DNA from: Candidatus Bathyarchaeota archaeon | GTDB taxonomy: Archaea > Thermoproteota > Bathyarchaeia > Bathyarchaeales > Bathycorpusculaceae | Direction of reading: 5' to 3' | Assembly: GCA_963770935.1 (NCBI GenBank) | Contig: CAVYRJ010000008.1 | Coordinates: 160,001 to 224,000, forward strand | DNA length: 64,000 bases | In this document: in pieces, positions 31,963 to 41,078 of the stretch | How positions within the stretch are numbered: the stretch's first letter is position 1 | How the letters are laid out: each line of letters starts with the position of its first letter | The notes under the pieces: model-generated | The model's database searches: none | The model's input: the letters and a program-made list of their open reading frames with translations, nothing else | What the model was told of the DNA's origin: nothing | Translations under genes and position numbers: made by a program

Positions 31963-33327
31963 TTAGAGTCGTTTGATGTAGCGGTTGACTTCCCACTCAG
32001 TGACCTGTGTACGGTATAAGTCCCATTCGTGGCGTTTCTCTTTAAGGAAGTTCTCGAATGTTACTGGACCGAGGGTTTCACGCATCAAGTCGCTGGTCTC
32101 CAGTTCGTCGAGCGCTTCTTTGAGGTTCTCAGGCAAGGAGACTATGCCGCGTTCTTTGCGTTCTTCATAGGTCATGTGGTAAACATTGAGTTCAACTGGG
32201 TCGCCTGGGTCAATCTTGTTTTTTATGCCATCTAAGCCGGTTGCCAGTAGCACTGCGAATTGTAAATATGGGTTGCCTGCACCGTCTGGGCATCGGATTT
32301 CGCATCTTGCAGCGTTCTTTCTACCACCGAAGTTGGGTACACGGATGAGCGGGCTGCGGTTTTTGTGTGCCCATGCAAGGTAAACTGGAGCTTCGTACCC
32401 GGGGACTAAACGTTTGTAGCTGTTTGGCCACGAGTTGAGGACGGCCGCCATTTTACGTCCGTGTGCGAGTTGTCCACCGATGTAGTTTCTGGCTAGATCG
32501 GAGAGGTAGCCGTTTTTGGCGTCGTCTGCATAGAAGAGGTTTTGTGTGTTGTCTTTGTTCCAGAGGCTCATGTGACAGTGCATGCCGCTTCCGTTGATGC
32601 CTTGGAAGGGTTTAGGCATGTAAGTTGTAACGTAGCCTGCGCGCGCTGCAACAACTTTGCCGCACATTCTCATGGTTATAGCGCGGTCAGCGGTAACTAA
32701 TGCTTCCCCATATTTGAAGTCAATTTCGTTCTGTCCTAACGCGACTTCGTGGTGGCTAATTTCAATTTCTATGCCGAAAGCTTCAGCTGTATCTGCGATC
32801 TCTCGGCGAAGATCGTCGGTAAGGTCACTGGGGTGGAAATCGAAATATCCAGCTAGGTCAATTGGTGTTGGTAAACCGCCGGTTTCGCTTTCTTTGACTA
32901 TGAAGAACTCTAATTCAGGTGCACAGATGAAGGTGTAACCTGCTTTAGAGGCTTTTTCAACTGCTCGCTCTAAAATGTATCTTGGATCACCTTCGAAACG
33001 TTTGTTTTGCGGGGTGTAAACATCACAGATCAATCTGCAGGAGGATTTTTCTTTTGGCCTCCACGGTAAAATGGCGAACGTGGTTGGGTCAGGGTAAAGA
33101 ACCATGTCTGATTCTTCGATAGGTCTGTAGCCGGTGATTGATGAACCGTCGAAGGATTGGCCGTTTTCAAAGATGCTTTCGATGTTTTTGGAGCTTACGG
33201 CTAAGTTTTTGAGCATACCGTTTATGTCTGTGAATTGTAGTCTAACAAATTTGATGTCGTTTTCTTGGATTTGTTGGACTACTTTTGTAACTTGTTCTTT
33301 CCACGCGGGGTTTTTAAAATTTTTCAT
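31963..33327 (-). CDS. glnA: Glutamine synthetase type I
   Basis: FDGSSI, HHEVA.GQNEI, MPKP..GINGSGMH, YKRLVPGYEAP, NRSPLIR, NPYL. Confidence 0.96.
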   Translation of the reverse strand: MKNFKNPAWKEQVTKVVQQIQENDIKFVRLQFTDINGMLKNLAVSSKNIESIFENGQSFDGSSITGYRPIEESDMVLYPDPTTFAILPWRPKEKSSCRLICDVYTPQNKRFEGDPRYILERAVEKASKAGYTFICAPELEFFIVKESETGGLPTPIDLAGYFDFHPSDLTDDLRREIADTAEAFGIEIEISHHEVALGQNEIDFKYGEALVTADRAITMRMCGKVVAARAGYVTTYMPKPFQGINGSGMHCHMSLWNKDNTQNLFYADDAKNGYLSDLARNYIGGQLAHGRKMAAVLNSWPNSYKRLVPGYEAPVYLAWAHKNRSPLIRVPNFGGRKNAARCEIRCPDGAGNPYLQFAVLLATGLDGIKNKIDPGDPVELNVYHMTYEERKERGIVSLPENLKEALDELETSDLMRETLGPVTFENFLKEKRHEWDLYRTQVTEWEVNRYIKRL

Positions 33328-33546
33328 TTTCTAGTTTTCTCTCCTTGAAAGACTTGGCTTTTGCTCTCCATATGTTATGGAAATCAGATTAAACGTAAAC
33401 ATATTTAAGTTTATCGCTTCAAAGTTATCGATAAATGTCCAGTATCTTAACGAATTATTGAAATAGTGTTCCAAGCCTGTTTGCTTTCGGCGTGGAAAAA
33501 AATGCTCAAAACCCCTTCTCAACTAGTCAAATAATCAAAAAAACCT

Positions 33547-34053
33547 TCAATAGCGCTCTCTACGCAGAAAATCGCCCACATCAGAAACGTTTCTAACCGC
33601 AATTTGATTGTTCCCTTCGTCATCGTTCAGGTTTTCAACAATTCTGCCAAAACCTAAACATTCGCCAAACTCGTTAAGAACCAAAGCATTAGTATTTTTC
33701 TTACTTGCACCTTGAACACGCATAATGCTTTTCCCCAAAATATCTCTGCCACAAATAAAAAGCCAAGCCGCCTTCCTATCAACGACAACTCGGTTAGCAC
33801 CCATCTTGGCAAGCATAACGAGTAAATTAAAGCTTGGAAAAAACTTTCCTTCCTTAGCTTTCCCCAAATAAACTCCAACGTAAAAGAAATCCGGCCGAAC
33901 CAACAGCTTCAATACTGGATTCACAAGGTAATATCGTCCATTCTTCTCAACTATCAAATCCAAGTTCAAGGCAATTTGGACTCCTAATTGAACTGCAAAG
34001 TTTGTTATTGGTTTCGGGTTCAAGGCTTGGGACTCCGTTTTTTTAGTTTGCAA
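33547..34053 (-). CDS. NIP7-like PUA-domain ribosome biogenesis protein
   Basis: GVYLGK, AAWLFICGRD, ECLGFG, DVGDFLRRE; downstream of an RsmB-family gene. Confidence 0.8.
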   Translation of the reverse strand: MQTKKTESQALNPKPITNFAVQLGVQIALNLDLIVEKNGRYYLVNPVLKLLVRPDFFYVGVYLGKAKEGKFFPSFNLLVMLAKMGANRVVVDRKAAWLFICGRDILGKSIMRVQGASKKNTNALVLNEFGECLGFGRIVENLNDDEGNNQIAVRNVSDVGDFLRRERY

Positions 34054-34913
34054 ACGAAAAACCCTTGGGTTTCACCGGGCCATAGCCGTCTGCATCGCTT
34101 TATCGTTGGGTCTAGCTGTTTGCCGAATATGTTGGTTATTCCTTTTTCTCCATAGCAATAGGTTTCTTCAATTTGCAGGTTTAGATTTTTTATAGCCCAA
34201 TCGATGTTCAATTCGTCTTCTTCAGGTTCAAGCGAACATGTGGAATAAACAATTTCGCCCTCATCACTTACGCATTCAGCTGTTTTAGAGAGAATTTCCC
34301 GTTGAAGATCCGCATTGCGCTCCACATCTTTTAGGGTTCGGTTTTTAAACCAGTCCCGGTCTGATGCAAAGTTGCCCGAGCAAGGAGCATCCACTATTAT
34401 CCTATCAAACTTGACGTTTAAATTCGCCGCCTGCCTTGCATCCAACAAGTAAACTACTGTGTTGCTAACGTGGCAGCGTTCCAAATGGTTACTCAACGCA
34501 TTCAACCGCCTTTTATCCACATCCAAAGCTATGATGCCGCCAGTATTATCCATCAAATCTGCTAATTGCACAGTTTTGCCTCCAGGCGCCGCTGCTGCAT
34601 CGAGCACTTTTTTACCTTTTAAGTGAGTAAATAGTGAAACTGGGATTTGGGCGGCTGCTTCCTGTATTGAATATAAGCCTAGCAGGTATTCGGCGGTTGC
34701 ACCTGCGGAAACTTTCGAGTCAAGTACCCAATAACCTGAGTCGAGGAAAGGGATTTTTTGCAGGTGAACTCCTAAGTCTTCAAGTCTTGGGAGGAGTTTT
34801 TTTCCTTTTGCGTTAGTATTGTTGATACGGATGGTTTGTTTTAATGTTACCTCCCGGTATTCCCAACCCAGCCGTTTATAGCGGCTTGTAAAAAATTCTT
34901 TGCCCGACATCAA
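34020..34913 (-). CDS. RsmB/NOL1/NOP2 RNA m5C methyltransferase
   Basis: VLDAAAAPGGKT, DAPCSG, VYSTCSL, GFFVCKL. Confidence 0.92.
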   Translation of the reverse strand: MMSGKEFFTSRYKRLGWEYREVTLKQTIRINNTNAKGKKLLPRLEDLGVHLQKIPFLDSGYWVLDSKVSAGATAEYLLGLYSIQEAAAQIPVSLFTHLKGKKVLDAAAAPGGKTVQLADLMDNTGGIIALDVDKRRLNALSNHLERCHVSNTVVYLLDARQAANLNVKFDRIIVDAPCSGNFASDRDWFKNRTLKDVERNADLQREILSKTAECVSDEGEIVYSTCSLEPEEDELNIDWAIKNLNLQIEETYCYGEKGITNIFGKQLDPTIKRCRRLWPGETQGFFVCKLKKRSPKP

Positions 34914-35110
34914 GCAAAAATACTAAGCCACTGATAAAAACTTTTCAAAATAAATTCTTCTGTTCAGAATGCTTTGATTTCTATCAAGAAGCTCCATTTG
35001 ACCAGATAAAGCACTGATGGCAAAATTTTTGCCTATTCCAGTGGATCAAATTTTTTTACCAGAGGATAAAGTTCATTTCCAATAGATTTTGGAAAAAGTT
35101 TGGTTTAGCG

Positions 35111-37993
35111 TTATTCGATGTAGATTGCAGGTTGATAGGGCAGTGCCATCGCTGCACGGTTCTTGGGGTCAATGCGGTTATTATCGTCCTCGCTGAAAAC
35201 AGATACTTCTGCGTTGAAACGTTGCCTAAAAAAACCTGCTGTAGAAGCCAAAATCGACAGTTCGTCCATTGCTTTGATTTTTTGCATGTTGACTTTGCGT
35301 TCGCCAGAAACCTTTGTTAAAGATTTAATAATTCTTGGAACCATGCCTGCAATATTTTTCATATACGGCTTTAGATCTTTGTCCGCAGCGAAATCCTTCA
35401 TTAGCTCACTGATTTTTGTTTCGCCGGCAATTGTTTTTTCAAGGATTTTTAGGTAAACTTTCCATTTCGATGGTGCCGCAGTGTAGTAGCAGATGCGTTT
35501 TGGCGTTATCTTCGTAGCTTTTATGATGTTTGTTGTGTCGTTGATTATATCGGTGATTAGAGTTTCTTGTTCCTCAGCGGCAATATCAATCTTGCTTATG
35601 TCAAAGACTGGCCATTTTGCAACGCTTATGAATCCTTCTTCTCCAGTTTGGCTCCAAAGCTCCTCACAGAGAAAAGGCGCGAAAGGCGAAAGCATCTTTA
35701 ACCATACTTTCACCGCATCACTCAGAGCTTTGGCCTCTGTGTTGCCTTTCCGTTGAATATACCAGCGCAGATCATTCCAAGTCTCAAACAACGCAACCTG
35801 CAATGCAGTTCGGGTTTTAAGTTCATCTAAGTTTGCTGTGACTTCTTTTATTCGACATTGAAGCTTACTAGTAAGCCACCGTTCCAAGGCTGTGTTTTCT
35901 TGGTTTTTGGCAGAGGCAATTATGCCGCTTGCAAATCCAACTAAAGCTTCAAACTTGGTTTGGAGGTCACTTACGTTTTCAGCGCGCCAATCAGGATCAT
36001 CCATGCCCTCAGCACCCAACAACAAACCACATCTTGTTGCGTCGGCGCCATATTTTTCGACAGCTCCCTTCACGGTTATGAAATTGCCTTTGCTTTTGTG
36101 CATTCCTTGTCCTTCGATCATAAGCATGCCGTTAACGCCGATGGCTTTAGGCCAATGTTCTGGTGGAAAGAGCGCGGCATGATGGAAGATACAGAATGAG
36201 AGATGATTTGGTACGAGTTCTTTAGCGGAATTCCTCAAATCAAATGGGTACCAGTACAGGAATTCAGATCGCATTGCATTGAGCAAGGTAGCACTTAATC
36301 CAGTAGTGATTCCAAGTTCAGTTGCATCGCCTTTACCATAGAAAAGAAAATCGAAAACTTCAGGTGTCAACGCTTCAGCGTTAACGTTATTCTGTTTTAT
36401 GTGTTTGTTTACGGTATAGAATGCCATATAGACCGTTGAGTCACTTAATGTTTCGATTATCCAGCCTTTCCCCCAGGGCAGCGGGGTTCCAAAACCAGTT
36501 GTTCTTGCACAAGCCCACTCGCGAAGCCAATCTATAACTGTGTAGAAATTTTGCTTTGCTGAATTGGGATAAATTGTCATTTGAGCGACGACTTGTTTGG
36601 CTTTCTCCTTCCATTGTGGCTCTGAATAGTTTAGGAACCATTGATCAGAGAGGATTTTTACTAAACACTGCGTCATGCACCGGCAAACGACAGGTTCAGC
36701 TAAATCGTACATGGAATCTGCAGCGCCAAGTTTGCGGAAATCAGTTATCAATATGTCTTTGGCTTCGCGGACAGTTTTTCCTGCATATGGTCCGCAGTTT
36801 GCCTTCAGGATGCCACTATGGAATTCTTTTTTGTACAGTTCTTTTGTGGCTTGTTCACCTTTGGGGTCGTTTTGGTCTTTTATGCCCATTTTCTCGACTA
36901 TTTCAACTGCTGGAAACTCACCAAAGCCCTCGACTTTAATGATCGAAATTGGCTTAATTTGCAGTACTGCAGCTGGATCCATGTCGAACTGTGCAAGGAC
37001 TTCTGGTTTTTGCTGCAGATCGCGCAGTGCTAGCCAATCGTATGGTGCGTGGGCTGGAACGCTGTAAACAACGCCTGTGGCGGTTTTGGGGTCAACAAAC
37101 CAGCCGGGTAAAATTGGAAACTTTAGTTTTGTGATAGGATTCTCAAACCATTTGCCAATGAGTTCTTTGCCTTGGAAGTTGCGCTTTACTTCAACTTTTC
37201 TTTCCTGCTCTTTTAGCTTCTCTGATGCTTCTTGGCTAATTATCCAGTTTTCGCCATTAACGGTTGCTTCCACATAGGTAACGTCAGGGTTAATCCATAT
37301 GTTAGTTACACCATAGATTGTTTCAGGGCGGAAAGTTGCCGCGGGCAGAAACGTTTTTTCATCTAGCTTATACTTTATCAATGTATATTCTTCTGCGGTG
37401 ACGCCTTCGCCGCTTTGACGGTCATGGTCACCTGTGGGGCTCTTATCTTTGGGACACCAAACTACTGGGTGCGTACCACGTGTAACATAACCTTTTTCTT
37501 TAAGGTTCTTGTATTGCCACTCGATGAATTTTTGGTAAGTGGGCATCACTGTTGTGAATTCACGTCGCCAATCCACTGAGAAACCGATGCTTTTAGCGGC
37601 TAAGCGACCTTCGTTAGTGTAGTATTGAGCCATATAGATCGGGTCAACGAATTTCTTGAGTTCTTCTTCAGGCACCCCATCGACCTCTCTTAGGACTTTA
37701 ATATATGCTTCATCACCCCGAGCCACACGTTGGCTTGCTCCAAGCAGCGGTTGACCAGTCCAGTGCCAACCCCAAGGCCAAAGCACATTATAACCCTGCA
37801 TACGCTTAAACCGAGCATAAGCATCCACACGAGAAGCGGAGAAAGCATGCCCAACATGAAGTGGACCATTCATGTACGGATATGGAAAAGTCACCATCTT
37901 TTTCTGCCTGTTCGGATCAGGGTCAGCCTCGAAAACATGGGCGTTTTCCCATTTGGCTTGCCATTTCTGCTCGAATTGCTTGGTTTGGCTCAT
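35111..37993 (-). CDS. leuS: Leucyl-tRNA synthetase (archaeal type)
   Basis: FPYPYMNGPLHVGH, DHDRQSGEG, VPAHAPYD, ETLSDSTVY, GMHKSKGN. Confidence 0.95.
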   Translation of the reverse strand: MSQTKQFEQKWQAKWENAHVFEADPDPNRQKKMVTFPYPYMNGPLHVGHAFSASRVDAYARFKRMQGYNVLWPWGWHWTGQPLLGASQRVARGDEAYIKVLREVDGVPEEELKKFVDPIYMAQYYTNEGRLAAKSIGFSVDWRREFTTVMPTYQKFIEWQYKNLKEKGYVTRGTHPVVWCPKDKSPTGDHDRQSGEGVTAEEYTLIKYKLDEKTFLPAATFRPETIYGVTNIWINPDVTYVEATVNGENWIISQEASEKLKEQERKVEVKRNFQGKELIGKWFENPITKLKFPILPGWFVDPKTATGVVYSVPAHAPYDWLALRDLQQKPEVLAQFDMDPAAVLQIKPISIIKVEGFGEFPAVEIVEKMGIKDQNDPKGEQATKELYKKEFHSGILKANCGPYAGKTVREAKDILITDFRKLGAADSMYDLAEPVVCRCMTQCLVKILSDQWFLNYSEPQWKEKAKQVVAQMTIYPNSAKQNFYTVIDWLREWACARTTGFGTPLPWGKGWIIETLSDSTVYMAFYTVNKHIKQNNVNAEALTPEVFDFLFYGKGDATELGITTGLSATLLNAMRSEFLYWYPFDLRNSAKELVPNHLSFCIFHHAALFPPEHWPKAIGVNGMLMIEGQGMHKSKGNFITVKGAVEKYGADATRCGLLLGAEGMDDPDWRAENVSDLQTKFEALVGFASGIIASAKNQENTALERWLTSKLQCRIKEVTANLDELKTRTALQVALFETWNDLRWYIQRKGNTEAKALSDAVKVWLKMLSPFAPFLCEELWSQTGEEGFISVAKWPVFDISKIDIAAEEQETLITDIINDTTNIIKATKITPKRICYYTAAPSKWKVYLKILEKTIAGETKISELMKDFAADKDLKPYMKNIAGMVPRIIKSLTKVSGERKVNMQKIKAMDELSILASTAGFFRQRFNAEVSVFSEDDNNRIDPKNRAAMALPYQPAIYIE

Positions 37994-38100
37994 GAAACCT
38001 TCTGATTAAAGCTTTAGCTATTAAGAGTTTTTCTTGCGTGCATGGTCAAGTGACCTAAAAATACAAATACAAAGACAAACAAAAGGTGCATCGATCACAC

Positions 38101-39099
38101 ATGTCCACCGACGAGGAGTTAATGCAGGAAGTTCAGACCTTTCTAGTTGAGCGCTCAAAAAAGGCCATTTTCTTGGCGAGGGAAGCTATCTTTAAAGAAC
38201 AAATTAAGTACACGCCCCTCCTTGAAGCCCTCACTTATTTTATGCAGGAAGTATGGACAAATGCAGCTCCTCACCCAACTCTTTTGTCCTTAACCTGTGA
38301 AGCAGTCGGGGGAAACCCTGATGCAATAATTGAAATAAGTGCAGCAATGGTGCTGTTGACTGGTGCAGCAGATATCCACGATGACATTATCGACCAATCA
38401 ATAACAAAAGATTCTAAACCTACAGTTTACGGCAAATACGGCAAAGACATTGCAGTCATAGCAGGAGATGTATTGTGGTTCAAAGGCATAATGATGTTAA
38501 ACGAGGCGTGTGAATCGTTCCAAAAAAATAAAAGATATGAAATTCTTGAGATAGCAAAGCAATCCTTCTTTGATATTGGTAGTGCAGAAGCCAACGAAGC
38601 AAATCAAAGAAGAAACCTTGATCTGCAACCTCAGAAATCTCTAGAAATTATTAGAATGAAGGCTTCAGTTGCGGGGGCAGCGGCCAAGATTGGTGCTATT
38701 GTTGGAGGTGGAACCGAGGAAGAAGTTAAAAGCCTAGGCGACTTTGGAGATAACTTGGGATTTCTGATGACTATCCGTGACGAATTTGTAGATGTTTTTG
38801 AGGCAGATGAGTTGAAGAACAGGTTTACTAATGAGTGTTTGCCGCTTCCTATTTTGTACGCTTTCCAAAACATAGTCTTAAAAAGACAAATTTTGGATAT
38901 ACTTAAACAGGCAGACATTAAAGAATCTGATTCAGAAAAAATTGCGGAACTAGTCATTAACTCCCCTCAATTACATAAGCTTACAGGTATCATGAAATCA
39001 TCAATGAAAATAGCTACCGAGAGTTTAACAAATATGAAAAAGAACAAAAATATATTTAATCAATTATTGAAGTCTGCGCTACAAGATTTGCCTTCTTAA
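38101..39099 (+). CDS. Isoprenyl-diphosphate-synthase-fold protein with degenerate motifs (candidate ComQ-like peptide prenyltransferase 1)
   Basis: First Asp-rich motif HDDIID intact; no RRG after it; no N-terminal GKxxR; second motif reads IRDEFVD. The family is clear, the function is inferred. ATG at 38101 (GTG at 38086 is an alternative). Confidence 0.8.
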   Translation: MSTDEELMQEVQTFLVERSKKAIFLAREAIFKEQIKYTPLLEALTYFMQEVWTNAAPHPTLLSLTCEAVGGNPDAIIEISAAMVLLTGAADIHDDIIDQSITKDSKPTVYGKYGKDIAVIAGDVLWFKGIMMLNEACESFQKNKRYEILEIAKQSFFDIGSAEANEANQRRNLDLQPQKSLEIIRMKASVAGAAAKIGAIVGGGTEEEVKSLGDFGDNLGFLMTIRDEFVDVFEADELKNRFTNECLPLPILYAFQNIVLKRQILDILKQADIKESDSEKIAELVINSPQLHKLTGIMKSSMKIATESLTNMKKNKNIFNQLLKSALQDLPS

Positions 39100-39127
39100 A
39101 ATAAATAAAGAAAAAAAAGTTAAGAAT

Positions 39128-39169
39128 TTACCACCAGTACATTCTTACAGGTCTAATTGGTTTTTTCGT
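39128..39169 (-). CDS. Putative 13-aa precursor peptide (M/T)KKPIRPVRMYWW
   Basis: Minus strand reads CAGGAGGAAAGGAAT-ACG AAA AAA CCA ATT AGA CCT GTA AGA ATG TAC TGG TGG TAA: GGAGG 8 nt upstream, TATA-like TTTTAAAG near 39206-39213, T8 tract after the stop. The start codon is ACG rather than ATG. Confidence 0.6.
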   Translation of the reverse strand, partial: TKKPIRPVRMYWW

Positions 39170-39340
39170 ATTCCTTTCCTCCTGTATTGTTGTTGAACGT
39201 ATAAACTTTAAAAGGTTTGCGGTAACTAGCCTCTATGTCAAGACATTTATCAATATTAGCAATCTTGTTTATTACTACTCAAAGCTTATCTTAACCGAAA
39301 TCTCAAATACTTTCTAACTGAACTCGCACGATAGAATTTA

Positions 39341-40666
39341 GTGTTAATCATGGGTAAAACTGGAAAACTCACAATGGATTTGCGCCTAACTCTAGGAAGT
39401 GCCTTTTTAATCGTAAATGCGCTCGTTTGGTATAGTGTTGCAACTAATATTTTGCCATCTATAATAATGAAAGACTCACAAAGTCTATTGTTATGGAGTT
39501 TTCATTTTGTTGCACTAATTATTTCAATTTTTATCGGTATCCTGTTGACTAAAAAAATTGGCACCCGATTCTTGCTTTTGATATGGACGAGTATTGGAAT
39601 TTTTTCTCCTCTAACTTTGTTTGCTATCGATAGTGAAGGTATTCCGCCCTTAGCTATGGTACTTTTCGGTGTATCTCTTGGGTTGGGTATACCGAGTTGC
39701 ATGGCTTACTTTTCTAGATCTACTCAGGCTAACAATCGGGGAAAATTCGCCGGTTTGATAATGCTATTAATTGGCATATTTAGTGTTTTACTGATTGTAT
39801 TAAGTGCAAATAAAATAGAGCCAACAGCCATTATTTTGATGATCTGGCGAACATTTGGGCTGCTATTTTTTCTTGTCCCAAATATAAAGCAACCTATAAT
39901 ACCTGATAAGCACTCAGTATCATTTTCTTTTGTTCTGAAACAAAGGTCCTTCATCTTATACTTGATTCCATGGCTGATGTTTTCTTTAGTTGGTTATCTA
40001 AGTGTGCCTGTGCAGGAAAGCGTTTTAGCGCAACAAGAAATTAATATTCTCAGGCTTGCCGAAAGTATTATTGGAAGTGTTTTTTCCGTAATTACTGGAT
40101 TGCTGATAGGTGTTGTGGGCAGGAAACGTATTGCAATTATTGCATTTGTTTTGGTTGGGATCGAGTTTGCGATTTTAGGAATGTATCCAGACCAAATGGC
40201 AGGATGGATGATCTATACAGTACTTAACGGGGCAGCATGGGGAACGTTCTATGTTCTGTTTGTAATGTCAATTTGGGGAGATTTGAGCCAAAATACTTCG
40301 ATAGAAAAGTACTATGCCCTTGGAATCATTCCGTTCTTTATATCCAAGTATTTGTCGCTAGTGCTAGGAGAAAATGTAGCTGCTGCAGTTTCTGTAAACA
40401 CTTTATTTTCATTCACTGCGTTTTTCCTTTTTCTAGCTGTTTTGCCCTTGGTTTATGCGCCTGAGACTTTGCCTGAAAAAGTCATGAAGGATAGGGATCT
40501 TAAAAGTTACATCGAGAACGCAAAAAAGAAAGCCCAAAAAGATGCTGATAAAGCAGCTAATAACAAAGAGAAAAAATTGAAAAAAGTGTCCGAGGAGAAA
40601 ACTCAAGATGCCAAACCTGATAAGGCCTATGAAGAAGCAAAAAGACTTGCAGAAAAATACTACTAA
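39341..40666 (+). CDS. MFS-like 12-TM protein 1 with charged C-terminal tail
   Basis: About 12 TM helices, NRGKFAG, GRKRIA, APETLPEK, tail ending YEEAKRLAEKYY. Confidence 0.8.
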   Translation: MLIMGKTGKLTMDLRLTLGSAFLIVNALVWYSVATNILPSIIMKDSQSLLLWSFHFVALIISIFIGILLTKKIGTRFLLLIWTSIGIFSPLTLFAIDSEGIPPLAMVLFGVSLGLGIPSCMAYFSRSTQANNRGKFAGLIMLLIGIFSVLLIVLSANKIEPTAIILMIWRTFGLLFFLVPNIKQPIIPDKHSVSFSFVLKQRSFILYLIPWLMFSLVGYLSVPVQESVLAQQEINILRLAESIIGSVFSVITGLLIGVVGRKRIAIIAFVLVGIEFAILGMYPDQMAGWMIYTVLNGAAWGTFYVLFVMSIWGDLSQNTSIEKYYALGIIPFFISKYLSLVLGENVAAAVSVNTLFSFTAFFLFLAVLPLVYAPETLPEKVMKDRDLKSYIENAKKKAQKDADKAANNKEKKLKKVSEEKTQDAKPDKAYEEAKRLAEKYY

Positions 40667-40870
40667 AACGTGGATGATGATTTCACGGAGATTTGTTGGG
40701 GCAAAATAGAATTGAACATGTACCTGCGGCTGTTTGGATTTAATCAATAATCTTTCTTCTTAATGATGAATCCCCAGCTAAAGCTAAATAATCAAGTATT
40801 TTTGTTGTATTGCTGTTCTACTGTTGTTTTGTTGGATAACTATCTCAAAACCGAATGTTTTGGTGTGTAC

Positions 40871-40915
40871 TTATATATTACGAGTCACGACTTGTTTCAT
40901 AAGGGTAAGAGGTGA
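40871..40915 (+). promoter_or_regulatory. TATA box and Shine-Dalgarno of the peptide 2 gene
   Basis: TTATATA at 40871-40877; GAGGTGA at 40909-40915, 5 nt before ATG 40921. Confidence 0.6.
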
Positions 40916-40920
40916 AATAC

Positions 40921-40974
40921 ATGAAACAAAAACAAGCAATCCGAGCTAAACCCATAAATTGGGGTGGATGGTAA
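40921..40974 (+). CDS. Putative 17-aa precursor peptide MKQKQAIRAKPINWGGW
   Basis: ATG...TGG GGT GGA TGG TAA with a strong archaeal SD and TATA box; directly upstream of prenyltransferase 2; resembles peptide 1. Confidence 0.75.
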   Translation: MKQKQAIRAKPINWGGW

Positions 40975-41078
40975 AAAAATCCAGTGCTGAAAAGAAACTT
41001 TCTCACACCAAATTTTGATTTTGAATCTTAATTTTAAAATCTTAACTTACAAATAGTGAAGGTTCTGATTTTACCTGT

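Noticed and set aside
33324-33371. Upstream ORF MESKSQVFQGEKTRK overlapping the glnA start (ATGA)
   Set aside because: One extra base would fuse it in frame as an N-terminal extension, and indels are common here, so it cannot be called a leader peptide.
36085-36115. LeuRS KMSKS motif reads GMHKS
   Set aside because: The second Lys of the motif is retained and such variation is tolerated in class I synthetases.
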